Origin: Burkholderiales bacterium
Lineage (GTDB): Bacteria; Pseudomonadota; Gammaproteobacteria; Burkholderiales; JACQAP01
Reading direction: 5' to 3'
NCBI GenBank assembly: GCA_046155535.1
Contig: JBJXFN010000008.1
Coordinates: 7,321-71,320, forward strand
DNA length: 64,000 nt
The notes under the pieces were generated by a model. That model was not told where the DNA came from. It worked only from the letters and a program-made list of their open reading frames with translations, and ran no database searches. Positions 9,406 through 18,717 of this stretch are shown piece after piece; the first letter of the stretch is position 1, and every line of letters begins with the position of its first letter. The translations under genes were made by a program, and so were the position numbers.

Positions 9406-9762
9406 ATGAAAAATCAGAAAGGCGTTACTTTTGTCGGCATGGTATTTATCGCAGGCATGATTGTTTTTGCCGCCATCATCGGCATCAAGTTGATTCCCGC
9501 TTATATCGAGTACGCCGGCATCGTCAATCACCTGCGCGATATTGCACGTTCACCGGAGGCTCGTGGCGCGGCGCCCCGCGACATCCAGGTCATGTTCGAC
9601 AAACGCGCACAGATTGACGAAATCAAGTCTGTGACAGGCCAGGATCTGGACATCGAGCGCGACGGAGAGTCGCTGGTGATATCGGCGCGTTACTCGACCC
9701 GGATTTCATTATTCGGAAACGTGAGTGCCTGCATTGATTTCAATCCCTCCAGCGGCAACTAG
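9406..9762 (+). CDS. DUF4845 domain-containing protein (prepilin-like N-terminus)
   Basis: A 118-aa protein in the usual position between lepB and rnc. Its N-terminus is 'MKNQKGVTFVGMVFIAGMIVFAAIIGIKLIPAYIEY'. The start is the ATG at 9406. Confidence 0.7.
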   Translation: MKNQKGVTFVGMVFIAGMIVFAAIIGIKLIPAYIEYAGIVNHLRDIARSPEARGAAPRDIQVMFDKRAQIDEIKSVTGQDLDIERDGESLVISARYSTRISLFGNVSACIDFNPSSGN

Positions 9763-9788
9763 GGTCAGAGGACCGGCCAATCCGAAGC

Positions 9789-10463
9789 ATGTCTGGTGAG
9801 GAATTCGAACGGGCGATCGGATACCGCTTCAAAAATCAGGCTTTGCTCGCGCAGGCGTTGACCCATCGCAGCGTTGGTTCCCAGCACAACGAGCGACTCG
9901 AATTTCTGGGGGACAGCCTGCTGAATTTCGTCATTGCGCGGCTGCTTTACGAACAATTCGCCTCCCTTCCGGAGGGAGACCTTTCCCGTCTCCGGGCCAA
10001 CCTGGTGAACCAGCAGGCGCTGGCCGGGCTGGCCGTGTCGATGAACCTCGGCAGCCATCTGAAGTTGGGGGAAGGGGAATTGAAAAGCGGCGGTTTTCGC
10101 CGGCCCTCCATTCTCGCGGATGCATTCGAGGCCGTCCTCGGCGCGATTTACCTGGACGGCGGATTCGAAGCGGCCGAGGCGGCGCTGATACGTGTGTATC
10201 GGCCCTTGCTGGAAAACGAGAATCTGGCTCGTATCACCAAGGATTCAAAAACGCAATTGCAGGAGCTGCTGCAGGCCCGGCGATTCGGACTCCCCCATTA
10301 CGAAATTTCGCAAGTGCGCGGTGAAGCGCACATGCAGTTGTTCCGGGTATCCTGCCGCATCGCCGAACTGGACATTTTGGCGGAAGGGGAGGGTCTCAGT
10401 CGGCGTGCGGCGGAACAGGCGGCGGCACACGCGGCCATGGATTTGGTTGCCGCTAGAAAATGA
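9789..10463 (+). CDS. rnc: Ribonuclease III
   Basis: Has the RNase III signature 'ERLEFLGDSLLN' and a C-terminal dsRNA-binding domain. Synteny is lepB-rnc-era. Confidence 0.95.
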   Translation: MSGEEFERAIGYRFKNQALLAQALTHRSVGSQHNERLEFLGDSLLNFVIARLLYEQFASLPEGDLSRLRANLVNQQALAGLAVSMNLGSHLKLGEGELKSGGFRRPSILADAFEAVLGAIYLDGGFEAAEAALIRVYRPLLENENLARITKDSKTQLQELLQARRFGLPHYEISQVRGEAHMQLFRVSCRIAELDILAEGEGLSRRAAEQAAAHAAMDLVAARK

Positions 10464-11359
10464 CTAAATCGCCAGCGGAGACGTATCGCGCCGGACAAGT
10501 CACGATTGTCGGCCGACCGAATGTGGGTAAATCTACGCTGCTGAATCGCCTGATTGGCACCAAAGTCAGCATCACTTCCAGTCGCCCGCAAACCACCCGC
10601 CATCGCATCCTCGGGGTCGTAACGCATGAGGACGCGCAGCTCGTTTTTCTGGACACGCCGGGTTATCAGATTGCGCAGGGTGGGGCGCTGAACAAGCTCA
10701 TGAATCGCGCAGTGACGGAAAGCCTGGATGCCACGGACGCGGTGCTGTGGCTGGTGGAAGCATTGCAGTTCGGCGCGGAAGACAAACAGGTTCTGCAATT
10801 GTTGCCAAAGACTACGCCCGTGATCCTGGCCATCAACAAGATCGACAAGATTGCGGACAAGAGCCGTCTGTTGCCATTTATCGAACGCGTCAGCCAGGCA
10901 TTCCGGTTTTCCGAGGTGATGCCTATCAGCGCATCCAAGGGCACCCAACTGCCGAAATTGCTGGAAGTCCTCAAATCCCATCTGCCGGTTTCGCCGCCCG
11001 CCTTTGACAGCGACGCATTGACCGATCGGTCCGAGCGTTTTCTGGCATCCGAATTTTTGCGGGAAAAGCTGTTTCGCCGGCTCGGGGAGGAACTCCCCTA
11101 TGCGACGGCGGTGTCGGTGGAATCTTTCGAACTAAAAGGAGAGGTTCGCCACATCCATGCCACGATTGTGGTGAGCAAGGCGAGCCACAAGGCCATTGTG
11201 ATCGGGAAAAACGGCGAAAAACTCAAGACCATTGCCACTGAAGCGCGTATCGACATGGAAAAACTCTTTGGAGGCAAGGTTTTTCTCGACGTCTGGGTGC
11301 GCGTTCGCAGCGGCTGGATGGACAGTGCCAGGGATTTGAAGAGCCTGGGGTACCACTGA
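10460..11359 (+). CDS. era: GTPase Era
   Basis: Has G1 'GRPNVGKSTLLN', G3 'DTPG', G4 'NKID' and a C-terminal KH domain. It overlaps the rnc stop by 4 nt. Confidence 0.95.
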   Translation: MTKSPAETYRAGQVTIVGRPNVGKSTLLNRLIGTKVSITSSRPQTTRHRILGVVTHEDAQLVFLDTPGYQIAQGGALNKLMNRAVTESLDATDAVLWLVEALQFGAEDKQVLQLLPKTTPVILAINKIDKIADKSRLLPFIERVSQAFRFSEVMPISASKGTQLPKLLEVLKSHLPVSPPAFDSDALTDRSERFLASEFLREKLFRRLGEELPYATAVSVESFELKGEVRHIHATIVVSKASHKAIVIGKNGEKLKTIATEARIDMEKLFGGKVFLDVWVRVRSGWMDSARDLKSLGYH

Positions 11360-11367
11360 TTTCTGCC

Positions 11368-12093
11368 ATGGGCGCAGGTCGCAGCGATCAATCAGTCAAG
11401 TCCGGGTTTGTCTTGCACACGTATCCGTTCAAGGAAACCAGCCTGCTCATCGAGGTATTCACCCAGGAGGCCGGACGCATGGGGCTGGTCGCCCGGGGCG
11501 CTCGGCGGCCAAAGTCGGCGCTGCGCGGATTGTTGATGCCATTCCAGCCCTTGCTGCTGTCCTGGGGAGGCAAATCAGAACTGAAGATGCTGCACGGCGC
11601 CGAGTGGCAGGGCGGCATTCCCCAACTCCAGGGCTTGAGTCTGATGTGCGGGTTTTATCTGAACGAATTGCTGCTGAAGTTCCTGGCGCGCGAAGACCCG
11701 CATCCCGCGCTGTATGACGTTTATCGAAACGCGGTCGCGGACTTGTCCACGCCCATCGAGCCGTCCGTGACACTTCGAAAATTCGAAAAACGGCTGCTTG
11801 ATGAACTGGGTTACGCCTTGACGCTGGACCGCGATGCGCGCACTGGCCGCAGCATAGACGCCCGGCGCCGGTACACCTATATCGTTGAGCGCGGCCCGGT
11901 CGAAATTGAAGATGCGTCCCGGGTGGACATCGAAGTCTCCGGAAAGGCTCTTCTGGATCTGTCCGAGAACCGATACGATGATCCGGTGACACTTGTGCAA
12001 ATAAAGTCCCTGATGCGACACTTGGTGAATCACCACCTCGGGAATCAGGAGCTATACACCAGACAGTTCCTGCGGGAATTGCAACAACTATGA
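11368..12093 (+). CDS. recO: DNA repair protein RecO
   Basis: 'GFVLHTYPFKETSLLIEVFT...GLVARGARR' is the typical RecO OB-fold N-terminus. Synteny is era-recO-pdxJ. Confidence 0.9.
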   Translation: MGAGRSDQSVKSGFVLHTYPFKETSLLIEVFTQEAGRMGLVARGARRPKSALRGLLMPFQPLLLSWGGKSELKMLHGAEWQGGIPQLQGLSLMCGFYLNELLLKFLAREDPHPALYDVYRNAVADLSTPIEPSVTLRKFEKRLLDELGYALTLDRDARTGRSIDARRRYTYIVERGPVEIEDASRVDIEVSGKALLDLSENRYDDPVTLVQIKSLMRHLVNHHLGNQELYTRQFLRELQQL

Positions 12094-12830
12094 CCCGGCT
12101 CAGCGTGAACCTGAACAAGGTGGCGCTTCTGAGAAACTCCCGCCCGCTGGATGTTCCCAGCGTCACACACATTGCCGCCCTGGCGCTCGATGCCGGCGCG
12201 CATGGCCTCACCGTACACCCGCGACCGGATCAACGCCATATCCGTCCAGACGATGTGCGCAAGTTGAGAAAGCAGGCCGCCAACGCGGGCGTCGAATTCA
12301 ATATCGAAGGCAATCCGTTTTTTCCGTTCATGGATCTGGTTCGCGAAGTCCTTCCCGAACAATGCACATTGGTCCCCGACATGCCGGGTGCGGCAACTTC
12401 TGACCATGGCTGGAATCTGGAGCGCGACGCAGAGAAGCTGGCGCCTTCTATTCTGGAATTGAAGTCGTTGGGGATCCGCGTGAGTCTATTCATGGATCCA
12501 GTGGACATCAACATGCAAAGGGCACACGCGCTCGGCGCAGACAGGGTGGAGCTGTATACGGAACCCTATGCACGCGCATTCGGCAGAGGTGACCAGGATG
12601 CCGTCGTCTCCCGCTACGTCGCCGCGGCAAACACGGCGCAGGCATGCGGACTCGGGGTGAATGCAGGGCATGACCTCAATCGGGAAAACCTGCCGCTTTT
12701 CTTGCGGGAAGTCCCAGGCATCCTGGAAGTGTCGATAGGCCATGCCTTGATCGCCGAAGCGCTGGAATGTGGCATCCGGGAGGCCGTGCGCAATTACCTC
12801 GTCGCCATGCGCGCGAACAAGACTCCATGA
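12090..12830 (+). CDS. pdxJ: Pyridoxine 5'-phosphate synthase
   Basis: 'LSVNLNKVALLRNSR', 'HPRPDQRHI' and 'NAGHDLN' are typical PdxJ motifs. Confidence 0.93.
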   Translation: MTRLSVNLNKVALLRNSRPLDVPSVTHIAALALDAGAHGLTVHPRPDQRHIRPDDVRKLRKQAANAGVEFNIEGNPFFPFMDLVREVLPEQCTLVPDMPGAATSDHGWNLERDAEKLAPSILELKSLGIRVSLFMDPVDINMQRAHALGADRVELYTEPYARAFGRGDQDAVVSRYVAAANTAQACGLGVNAGHDLNRENLPLFLREVPGILEVSIGHALIAEALECGIREAVRNYLVAMRANKTP

Positions 12831-13204
12831 TTTTGGGAATCGGAGTCGATCTGGTGGACATCGCGCGCATCGAGAAACTCTATGCGAGGCGCGGCGTGCA
12901 ATTTGCCAATCGAATTCTTTCGGATCGGGAAAGGCATGACCTGGCTGTCAGTGCGAAACCCATCCTGTTTCTGGCCAGTCGTTTCGCCGCCAAGGAGGCA
13001 TTGTCCAAGGCACTGGGCACCGGAATGCGTTTTCCGGTGACCTTTCACGCGATCAGCGTTTGCAACAACGTCATGGGAAAACCGGAATTCGAATTTCACG
13101 GCGCGTTACCGGAGAGCCTTGCCGCACGAGGGGTCGCCCGGCAACATTTGAGCCTGACACACGAGAAGGGTTTTGCATGTGCGATGGTGGTCGTAGAGGA
13201 TTGA
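12827..13204 (+). CDS. acpS: Holo-[acyl-carrier-protein] synthase
   Basis: 'MILGIGVDLVDIARI' and 'FAAKEALSKALG' match AcpS. The ATG at 12827 overlaps the pdxJ stop; the ORF-track start at 12767 is an extension. Confidence 0.92.
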   Translation: MILGIGVDLVDIARIEKLYARRGVQFANRILSDRERHDLAVSAKPILFLASRFAAKEALSKALGTGMRFPVTFHAISVCNNVMGKPEFEFHGALPESLAARGVARQHLSLTHEKGFACAMVVVED

Positions 13205-13208
13205 AGCG

Positions 13209-14297
13209 ATGACATCGAATACGGCCCCTGGCGCAGTGATGGTCGACCTGCAAGGCCGCGAACTCACCGAGCAGGATCGCATAAGACTTCTCCATCCGAT
13301 GACCGGCGGGGTTATCCTGTTTGCCCGGAATTTCGAATCGCCGGAACAAATTTCCGCGCTGACAGAGGAAATCCGCGCCTTGCGCAGCCCCCCCATACTG
13401 ATCGCCGTGGATCAGGAAGGCGGGCGCGTCCAGCGATTCAAAACCGGATTTACGCGACTGCCCGCCATGCGGCTGCTGGGAAAAATCTGGGACGACCATC
13501 CCGAACAAGCATGTGAACTGGCCCATCGCGTCGGATTTGTGCTGGCGTCGGAACTGCGAGTTTGCGGCGTCGATCTGAGTTTCGCCCCGGTGCTTGACCT
13601 GGATTTCGGAAGCAGCACGGTCATCGGGGATCGCGCGTTTCACACCGATCCCGCAGCGGTCTGCGATTTGGCCTGCGCGTTGATTGACGGATTGCGCAGG
13701 GGAGGCATGGCTGCTTGCGGAAAGCATTTTCCCGGGCATGGGTTCGTAACGGCGGATTCCCATGTGGATGTGCCGGTGGACGAGCGCAGCTTTGCGCAGA
13801 TCGAAGCAGCCGACATGATTCCTTTCCGGAAATTGATTCAACACGGCCTGGCGTCCATCATGCCGGCACACGTCATCTATCCGAAAGCGGATGCCAAACC
13901 CGCCGGCTTCTCTCCCTTTTGGTTGCAAAAAGTGCTGCGTGGCGACTTGGCATTCACGGGTACCATTTTTAGCGACGACCTCAGCATGGAAGGTGCCCGG
14001 GTGGCAGGGGGCGTGGTCCAGCGGGCTGACGCTGCGTTGCGGGCAGGATGCGACATGGTCCTGGTATGTAATCGTCCCGAAGCGGTCGACGAATTGCTGG
14101 CCGGCCTCGTCCGTGTGCCCTCGACTGCTTCACAATTTCGATTGCAACAACTCTTCGGACAGCGCGCCCAGGCGAAATCGATCACCGATCTGCAATCCCT
14201 GGCGTTTTATGCCCAGGCGGTACAGGAAATTGCCACCCTGGATCCGGGTGGAAACTATCTGGCGGTCGGGACTCGACAGGTGGGCGAGGTTGGGTAA
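13209..14297 (+). CDS. nagZ: Beta-N-acetylhexosaminidase NagZ
   Basis: Has the GH3 motifs 'IAVDQEGGRVQRF' and 'GKHFPGHGFVTADSH'. Confidence 0.92.
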   Translation: MTSNTAPGAVMVDLQGRELTEQDRIRLLHPMTGGVILFARNFESPEQISALTEEIRALRSPPILIAVDQEGGRVQRFKTGFTRLPAMRLLGKIWDDHPEQACELAHRVGFVLASELRVCGVDLSFAPVLDLDFGSSTVIGDRAFHTDPAAVCDLACALIDGLRRGGMAACGKHFPGHGFVTADSHVDVPVDERSFAQIEAADMIPFRKLIQHGLASIMPAHVIYPKADAKPAGFSPFWLQKVLRGDLAFTGTIFSDDLSMEGARVAGGVVQRADAALRAGCDMVLVCNRPEAVDELLAGLVRVPSTASQFRLQQLFGQRAQAKSITDLQSLAFYAQAVQEIATLDPGGNYLAVGTRQVGEVG

Positions 14298-15252
14298 TCA
14301 GTCCGGCCACAGCCTCTCCCACGCCGATCATCACCACGGCCGGGACACCCTGGGTTACGCGCTGGCTCTGACCTTCGCCTACGCGATCGCAGAAATCGCC
14401 CTGGGTAATTGGCTGGGTTCGCTGGCGCTGATGAGTGACGGAGTGCACATGATCTCCGACGCCATGGCGCTTGCCCTGGCATTCATTGCGGCCCGGATTG
14501 CGAAAAGGCCGGCAGGCAACCGACATTCCTATGGATTCGCCCGGGCCGAAATTGTGGCGGGTTTCGTCAACGGTCTGGTGATGTTGCCGATTGTTGTGCT
14601 CATTGTCGTCGAATCCCTGTACAGATTATTCGAACCTGCTCCCGTGATGATGTCAGGGTCCGGCATCATGATTGTTGCCGCAGGTGGCCTGCTGTTGAAT
14701 CTTTACGTTGCACATCTTGTGGGACAGGGTGCCCAAAGCATCAATCGTCGCGCTGTCCTCTTGCATGTGTTGGCTGATGCCGCCGGGTCGGCGGCGGCCA
14801 TACTCTCCGGCGCCATCATTTTCTTTTCCGGATGGCGTCCGGTGGACGCCATTCTCTCCATGGTCATCGCCGGGTTGATTCTTTACTCCACGGTAAGATT
14901 GCTGCGCGAGGCGATCCACGTCCTGATGGAAGGCGTCCCCGCCGGCCTGGAACTTCCGGAAATAGGCAGATCGCTGAGCGCCATTCGCGGCGTGCGTTCT
15001 GTTCACGATTTGCATGTCTGGAATATTTCCTCGGGAACGGTCGCGTTGTCCGCCCACCTTGAGATAGACGATCTGTCGCAATGGGCTGCCATTCTGGAAG
15101 CAACGCGAGCCATGCTCAATAGTCATTTTGGCATTCAGCATGTCACGCTTCAGCCGGAAGTCGCCGGCGGAATCAACCAGCGGTTTCAATCCAGAATTCC
15201 CATCGTCCCCAGTCACCAGCAGAACAACAAACATCCCTCGACACTCGAATGA
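14290..15252 (+). CDS. Cation diffusion facilitator family transporter (CzcD/ZitB-like)
   Basis: Has a His-rich N-terminus 'SHADHHHG', six predicted TM helices, the CDF metal-site motifs 'SDGVHMISD' and 'HVLADAAGS', and a C-terminal cytoplasmic domain. There is no in-frame ATG after the nagZ stop region. Candidate starts are TTG 14290 or GTG 14248, so the start is uncertain. Confidence 0.8.
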   Translation: MGNQSGHSLSHADHHHGRDTLGYALALTFAYAIAEIALGNWLGSLALMSDGVHMISDAMALALAFIAARIAKRPAGNRHSYGFARAEIVAGFVNGLVMLPIVVLIVVESLYRLFEPAPVMMSGSGIMIVAAGGLLLNLYVAHLVGQGAQSINRRAVLLHVLADAAGSAAAILSGAIIFFSGWRPVDAILSMVIAGLILYSTVRLLREAIHVLMEGVPAGLELPEIGRSLSAIRGVRSVHDLHVWNISSGTVALSAHLEIDDLSQWAAILEATRAMLNSHFGIQHVTLQPEVAGGINQRFQSRIPIVPSHQQNNKHPSTLE

Positions 15253-15890
15253 GCGGATTCTCGACGGATTGCCGGAAATGCGGCCGCCTGGCGCGGTTTC
15301 TCGATAATGTGCGTTGCGCGCATCCCGACTACTTTGCCAAGCCCGTGCCCCCGTTTGGGGATCCGAACGCCAGATTGCTGATTGTCGGCCTTGCGCCGGG
15401 CATGCATGGGGCAAATCGCTCCGGACGGCCCTTTACCGGAGATCACGCCGGCATTCTCCTGTACCGTACGCTGCACAAATTCGGCTTCGCCAACCAGCCC
15501 GTATCCACCGGCATCGACGATGGCCTGTGCCTGGTTTCAAGCAGGATCACCAATGCCGTGAAATGCCTGCCTCCAGAGAATAAACCGGAGCCCGGGGAAA
15601 TCCGGCAATGCAACCCGTATCTTCAGACGGAACTGCAGGCGCTACCGGACGACGCAGCCATCCTGGCACTGGGGGGCATTGCCCACAAGGCAGTGTTGAT
15701 GGCCACGGATGAGAAAGCCGGAAAATTCAAGTTCGCACACGGCGCCAGGCACAGTCTTTCTCGCGGGCTGACCCTGTTCAATAGTTATCATTGCAGTCGA
15801 TACAATACGCAGACCCGGCGGTTGACCGAAGAAATGTTCGAGCAGGTCTTCCGGGCGATCGAAAATTTCCTCCGCAAGGCACCCGGATAG
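15249..15890 (+). CDS. Uracil-DNA glycosylase, family 5 (UdgB-like) / family 4-5 superfamily
   Basis: 'GLAPGMHGANRSGRPFTGD' matches the family-5 active-site motif (GLAPA.HGGNRTG). N-terminal Cys residues 'CRKCGRL' and the later motif 'HCSRYN' are present. Confidence 0.8.
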   Translation: MSGFSTDCRKCGRLARFLDNVRCAHPDYFAKPVPPFGDPNARLLIVGLAPGMHGANRSGRPFTGDHAGILLYRTLHKFGFANQPVSTGIDDGLCLVSSRITNAVKCLPPENKPEPGEIRQCNPYLQTELQALPDDAAILALGGIAHKAVLMATDEKAGKFKFAHGARHSLSRGLTLFNSYHCSRYNTQTRRLTEEMFEQVFRAIENFLRKAPG

Positions 15891-16046
15891 GCCATAAGCG
15901 CAAAGATGAGAGATGTTGAGGCCGATCACTTTGATCACGCACCAACACGCGCAGCGAGACGGAGTGGTGTGCTCGCAAGGCAATGGGATCGACAGGAACT
16001 GGACTCGACCCCTGCCAGCGCAGTCTTGCCCTCGATTTGACGAATC

Positions 16047-17885
16047 ATGAGTCCGAAGGACAAAACCAATGTCGAAGTGCTGGAGTTCGCGGCCGACGAA
16101 ATTATCGAGCACCTGCCGCACTTGCCGGGTGTCTATCGGATGCTGGGGCAGGCACGGCAAGTCTTGTATGTTGGCAAGGCCAAAGACCTGAAAAAGCGCG
16201 TCGCCTCCTACTTTCAGAAGTCGGAATCTCTCGCGCCCAGGATACGGTTGATGGTTGCGCAAGTGCAGGGCATCGAAACCACGATCACCCGTTCCGAAGC
16301 CGAAGCACTGCTCCTGGAAAACAACCTGATCAAATCTCTTGCTCCGCGTTACAACATTTTATTCAGGGATGACAAGTCTTACCCCTATATCGTTCTCACC
16401 GGCCATCCTTTTCCCAGGCTCGGATTCCACCGAGGCCCACTGGACAAGAACCACCGATACTTCGGCCCATTCCCCAATGCGGGTGCGGTTCGCCAGAGCA
16501 TCCAGTTATTGCAGAAGATATTCCGCCTGCGCACCTGCGAAGACACGGTTTTTGCCAACCGCACCCGTCCCTGCCTGCTCTATCAGATCAGAAGGTGTAC
16601 CGGGTCATGCACCGGTCACATAGGCGAAGAGGACTACTCGGATGACGTTCAGAACGCCGAATTGTTTCTGAAAGGCAAGACTACCGAGGCCGTCAGCCGC
16701 CTGGAGGAACGCATGGTTCGGTCTGCGCAGGATCAGGCCTATGAACAGGCGGCAGGCTATCGCGACCAGATCCGTTCTTTGTCTCGCGTGCGCGAAACCC
16801 AGTTTGTGTCCAGCAATCGGGGAGTGGACGCGGATGTCGTCGCGCTGGCGGTCACCGAGGAAATAATTTGCGTAAATCTGGTCATGATTCGCGGGGGAAT
16901 TCATCTGGGTGATCGCAGCTTTTTCCCGCAAAATGCCCAGCAGCAGGATGAGTCGTTCGCGCTGGAGGCATTTTTGACGCAGCACTATGTCAACGGTGAG
17001 GTTCCGCCAACGATTTATTTGAACCGTGCGATCGATGCGGCCTCCATCGAGGAATTTCTCGGCCTCCAGGCTGGCACCAGTGTACGCATAAATACCAGCT
17101 CCACAGGAGAACCACGTGTGTGGCTGCGAATGGCCGAAAAAAATGCGGAAATGGCGATCGCACAACGCATGGCAACGCATGCATCTCAAGAAGGGCGGCT
17201 CCTGGAATTGCAAGGCGCATTGAGTCTGTCCGACACGGTACGTCGCATCGAGTGCTTCGACATCAGTCACACCATGGGCGAAGCGACTGTGGCATCCTGC
17301 GTGGTGTACGACCATGACGCGATGCAGCCCTCGGAGTACCGTCGCTACAATATTCAGGGTGTGGCAGCAGGCGATGACTATGGCGCAATGCGTCAGGCCC
17401 TGGGCCGCCGTTATCGGAAGATTGTCGAAGGGGAGGGGAAACTTCCCGACTTGATTCTTATTGACGGCGGCAAGGGGCAACTGGGTGTCGCAGTGGAAGT
17501 TCTGGGGGAACTCGGCCTGAGTCAGGTCCCGCTGCTCGGCGTAGCCAAAGGGCTGGCGCGCAAGCCCGGACTGGAACAGTTGTTTTCTCCATCGCGGAAC
17601 GAACCCATACAACTGGCGCCGGATCACCCCGGGCTGCATCTGATTCAGCAAATCCGGGACGAAGCGCACCGGTTCGCCATTTCCGGGCACCGCAATCGCC
17701 GGGCCAAAGTCCGCAATCGTTCCGCGCTGGAAGACATTGGCGGCATCGGCCCCAAGCGCCGGCAACGGCTGCTCTCGCGGTTTGGCGGCCTGAAAAATCT
17801 TGCGTCCGCCAGCATTGAGGAAATTGCTCGGGTGGAGGGTATCAGCATCAAACTCGCCGAAAAAATCTATCAGCAGTTACACTGA
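16047..17885 (+). CDS. uvrC: Excinuclease ABC subunit UvrC
   Basis: Has the GIY-YIG domain 'PGVYRM...LYVGKAKDLKKRV', a UVR domain, an Endo-V-like domain and a C-terminal (HhH)2 'IGGIGPKRRQRLL'. Confidence 0.95.
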   Translation: MSPKDKTNVEVLEFAADEIIEHLPHLPGVYRMLGQARQVLYVGKAKDLKKRVASYFQKSESLAPRIRLMVAQVQGIETTITRSEAEALLLENNLIKSLAPRYNILFRDDKSYPYIVLTGHPFPRLGFHRGPLDKNHRYFGPFPNAGAVRQSIQLLQKIFRLRTCEDTVFANRTRPCLLYQIRRCTGSCTGHIGEEDYSDDVQNAELFLKGKTTEAVSRLEERMVRSAQDQAYEQAAGYRDQIRSLSRVRETQFVSSNRGVDADVVALAVTEEIICVNLVMIRGGIHLGDRSFFPQNAQQQDESFALEAFLTQHYVNGEVPPTIYLNRAIDAASIEEFLGLQAGTSVRINTSSTGEPRVWLRMAEKNAEMAIAQRMATHASQEGRLLELQGALSLSDTVRRIECFDISHTMGEATVASCVVYDHDAMQPSEYRRYNIQGVAAGDDYGAMRQALGRRYRKIVEGEGKLPDLILIDGGKGQLGVAVEVLGELGLSQVPLLGVAKGLARKPGLEQLFSPSRNEPIQLAPDHPGLHLIQQIRDEAHRFAISGHRNRRAKVRNRSALEDIGGIGPKRRQRLLSRFGGLKNLASASIEEIARVEGISIKLAEKIYQQLH

Positions 17886-17892
17886 TAGAACC

Positions 17893-18456
17893 ATGCCGCT
17901 CAACGTTCCGAATCTGATCACCTGGCTGCGCATTCTGATGATTCCTCTGCTCGTCGGGGTGTATTACATGCCGCACGAGTGGATCGCCGATCACAACAAG
18001 AATATGGTGGCGGCCGCAGTGTTTTCCATTGCGGCACTAACGGACTGGCTGGACGGCTACCTGGCGCGCGCCTTGGGTCAGACCTCATCCTTCGGCGCAT
18101 TTCTGGATCCGGTCGCGGACAAACTCATGGTGGCCACTGCGTTGATCATGCTCGTGCAGTTCAATGATCTCCAGGGATTCATTGCGGTCATCATCATTGG
18201 ACGCGAGATCGCGATATCGGCACTTCGCGAATGGATGGCACGCATCGGCGAGAGCAGAAGTGTGGCGGTGTCGTTCCTGGGAAAAATCAAGACGGTCTCC
18301 CAAATGGTGGCCATCGTCATGCTTTTGTATCACGACGAGTTCTTGTCCCTGAGCATGCACGCGATCGGTACCCTGTTGATATACGTGGCAGCCGTTCTCA
18401 CACTCTGGTCAATGGCTTATTATCTGAAAATGGCGCTGTCCCGGGTAAAAGCGTAA
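17893..18456 (+). CDS. pgsA: CDP-diacylglycerol--glycerol-3-phosphate 3-phosphatidyltransferase
   Basis: Has the CDP-alcohol phosphatidyltransferase motif 'DWLDGYLARALGQTSSFGAFLDPVADK'. The ATG at 17893 follows the uvrC stop, and synteny is uvrC-pgsA-tRNA as in E. coli. Confidence 0.93.
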   Translation: MPLNVPNLITWLRILMIPLLVGVYYMPHEWIADHNKNMVAAAVFSIAALTDWLDGYLARALGQTSSFGAFLDPVADKLMVATALIMLVQFNDLQGFIAVIIIGREIAISALREWMARIGESRSVAVSFLGKIKTVSQMVAIVMLLYHDEFLSLSMHAIGTLLIYVAAVLTLWSMAYYLKMALSRVKA

Positions 18457-18486
18457 CAACGGAGGGGCGGACGACGGGCGCTTACC

Positions 18487-18514
18487 TTGACAATCGCCCT
18501 GTTCAACCTATAAT
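18487..18514 (+). promoter_or_regulatory. Sigma-70 promoter for tRNA-Gly
   Basis: Perfect -35 'TTGACA' (18487-18492), a 16-nt spacer, perfect -10 'TATAAT' (18509-18514), then a GC-rich discriminator 'tgccggc'. The tRNA starts 16 nt downstream. Confidence 0.75.
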
Positions 18515-18529
18515 TGCCGGCTGAATTTT

Positions 18530-18605
18530 GCGGGAATAGCTCAGTTGGTAGAGCGCAACCTTGCCAAGGTTGAGGTCGCGAGTTCGAGCCTCGTTTCCCG
18601 CTCCA
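18530..18605 (+). tRNA. tRNA-Gly (anticodon GCC)
   Basis: A 76-nt cloverleaf: acceptor GCGGGAA/TTCCCGC, D-arm GCTC-AGTTGGTA-GAGC, anticodon loop 'TTGCCAA', T-arm GCGAG-TTCGAGC-CTCGT, encoded CCA. Confidence 0.95.
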
Positions 18606-18615
18606 ATTGCCCGAA

Positions 18616-18650
18616 GGGAAAACGACATGCATGGATCGTTTTCCCTTTTT
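18616..18650 (+). terminator. Intrinsic terminator-like hairpin after tRNA-Gly
   Basis: A 10-bp perfect stem 'GGGAAAACGA'/'TCGTTTTCCC' with a 10-nt loop, followed by TTTTT (18646-18650) and further T-rich sequence. Confidence 0.6.
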
Positions 18651-18717
18651 GATTTTATGAGGCCGGCCCGGATTGCCACGACCGGCATTGACAAAGATGT
18701 TGCGTTTCAGTTCTCCC

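Noticed and set aside
16605-17765. 386-aa ORF antisense to uvrC
   Set aside because: It is a shadow ORF opposite conserved UvrC, with no motifs.
18688-18716. TTGACA hexamer as a promoter for tRNA-Cys
   Set aside because: The -10 window 17 nt downstream reads 'TTCTCC', and the implied start site would fall inside the tRNA body.
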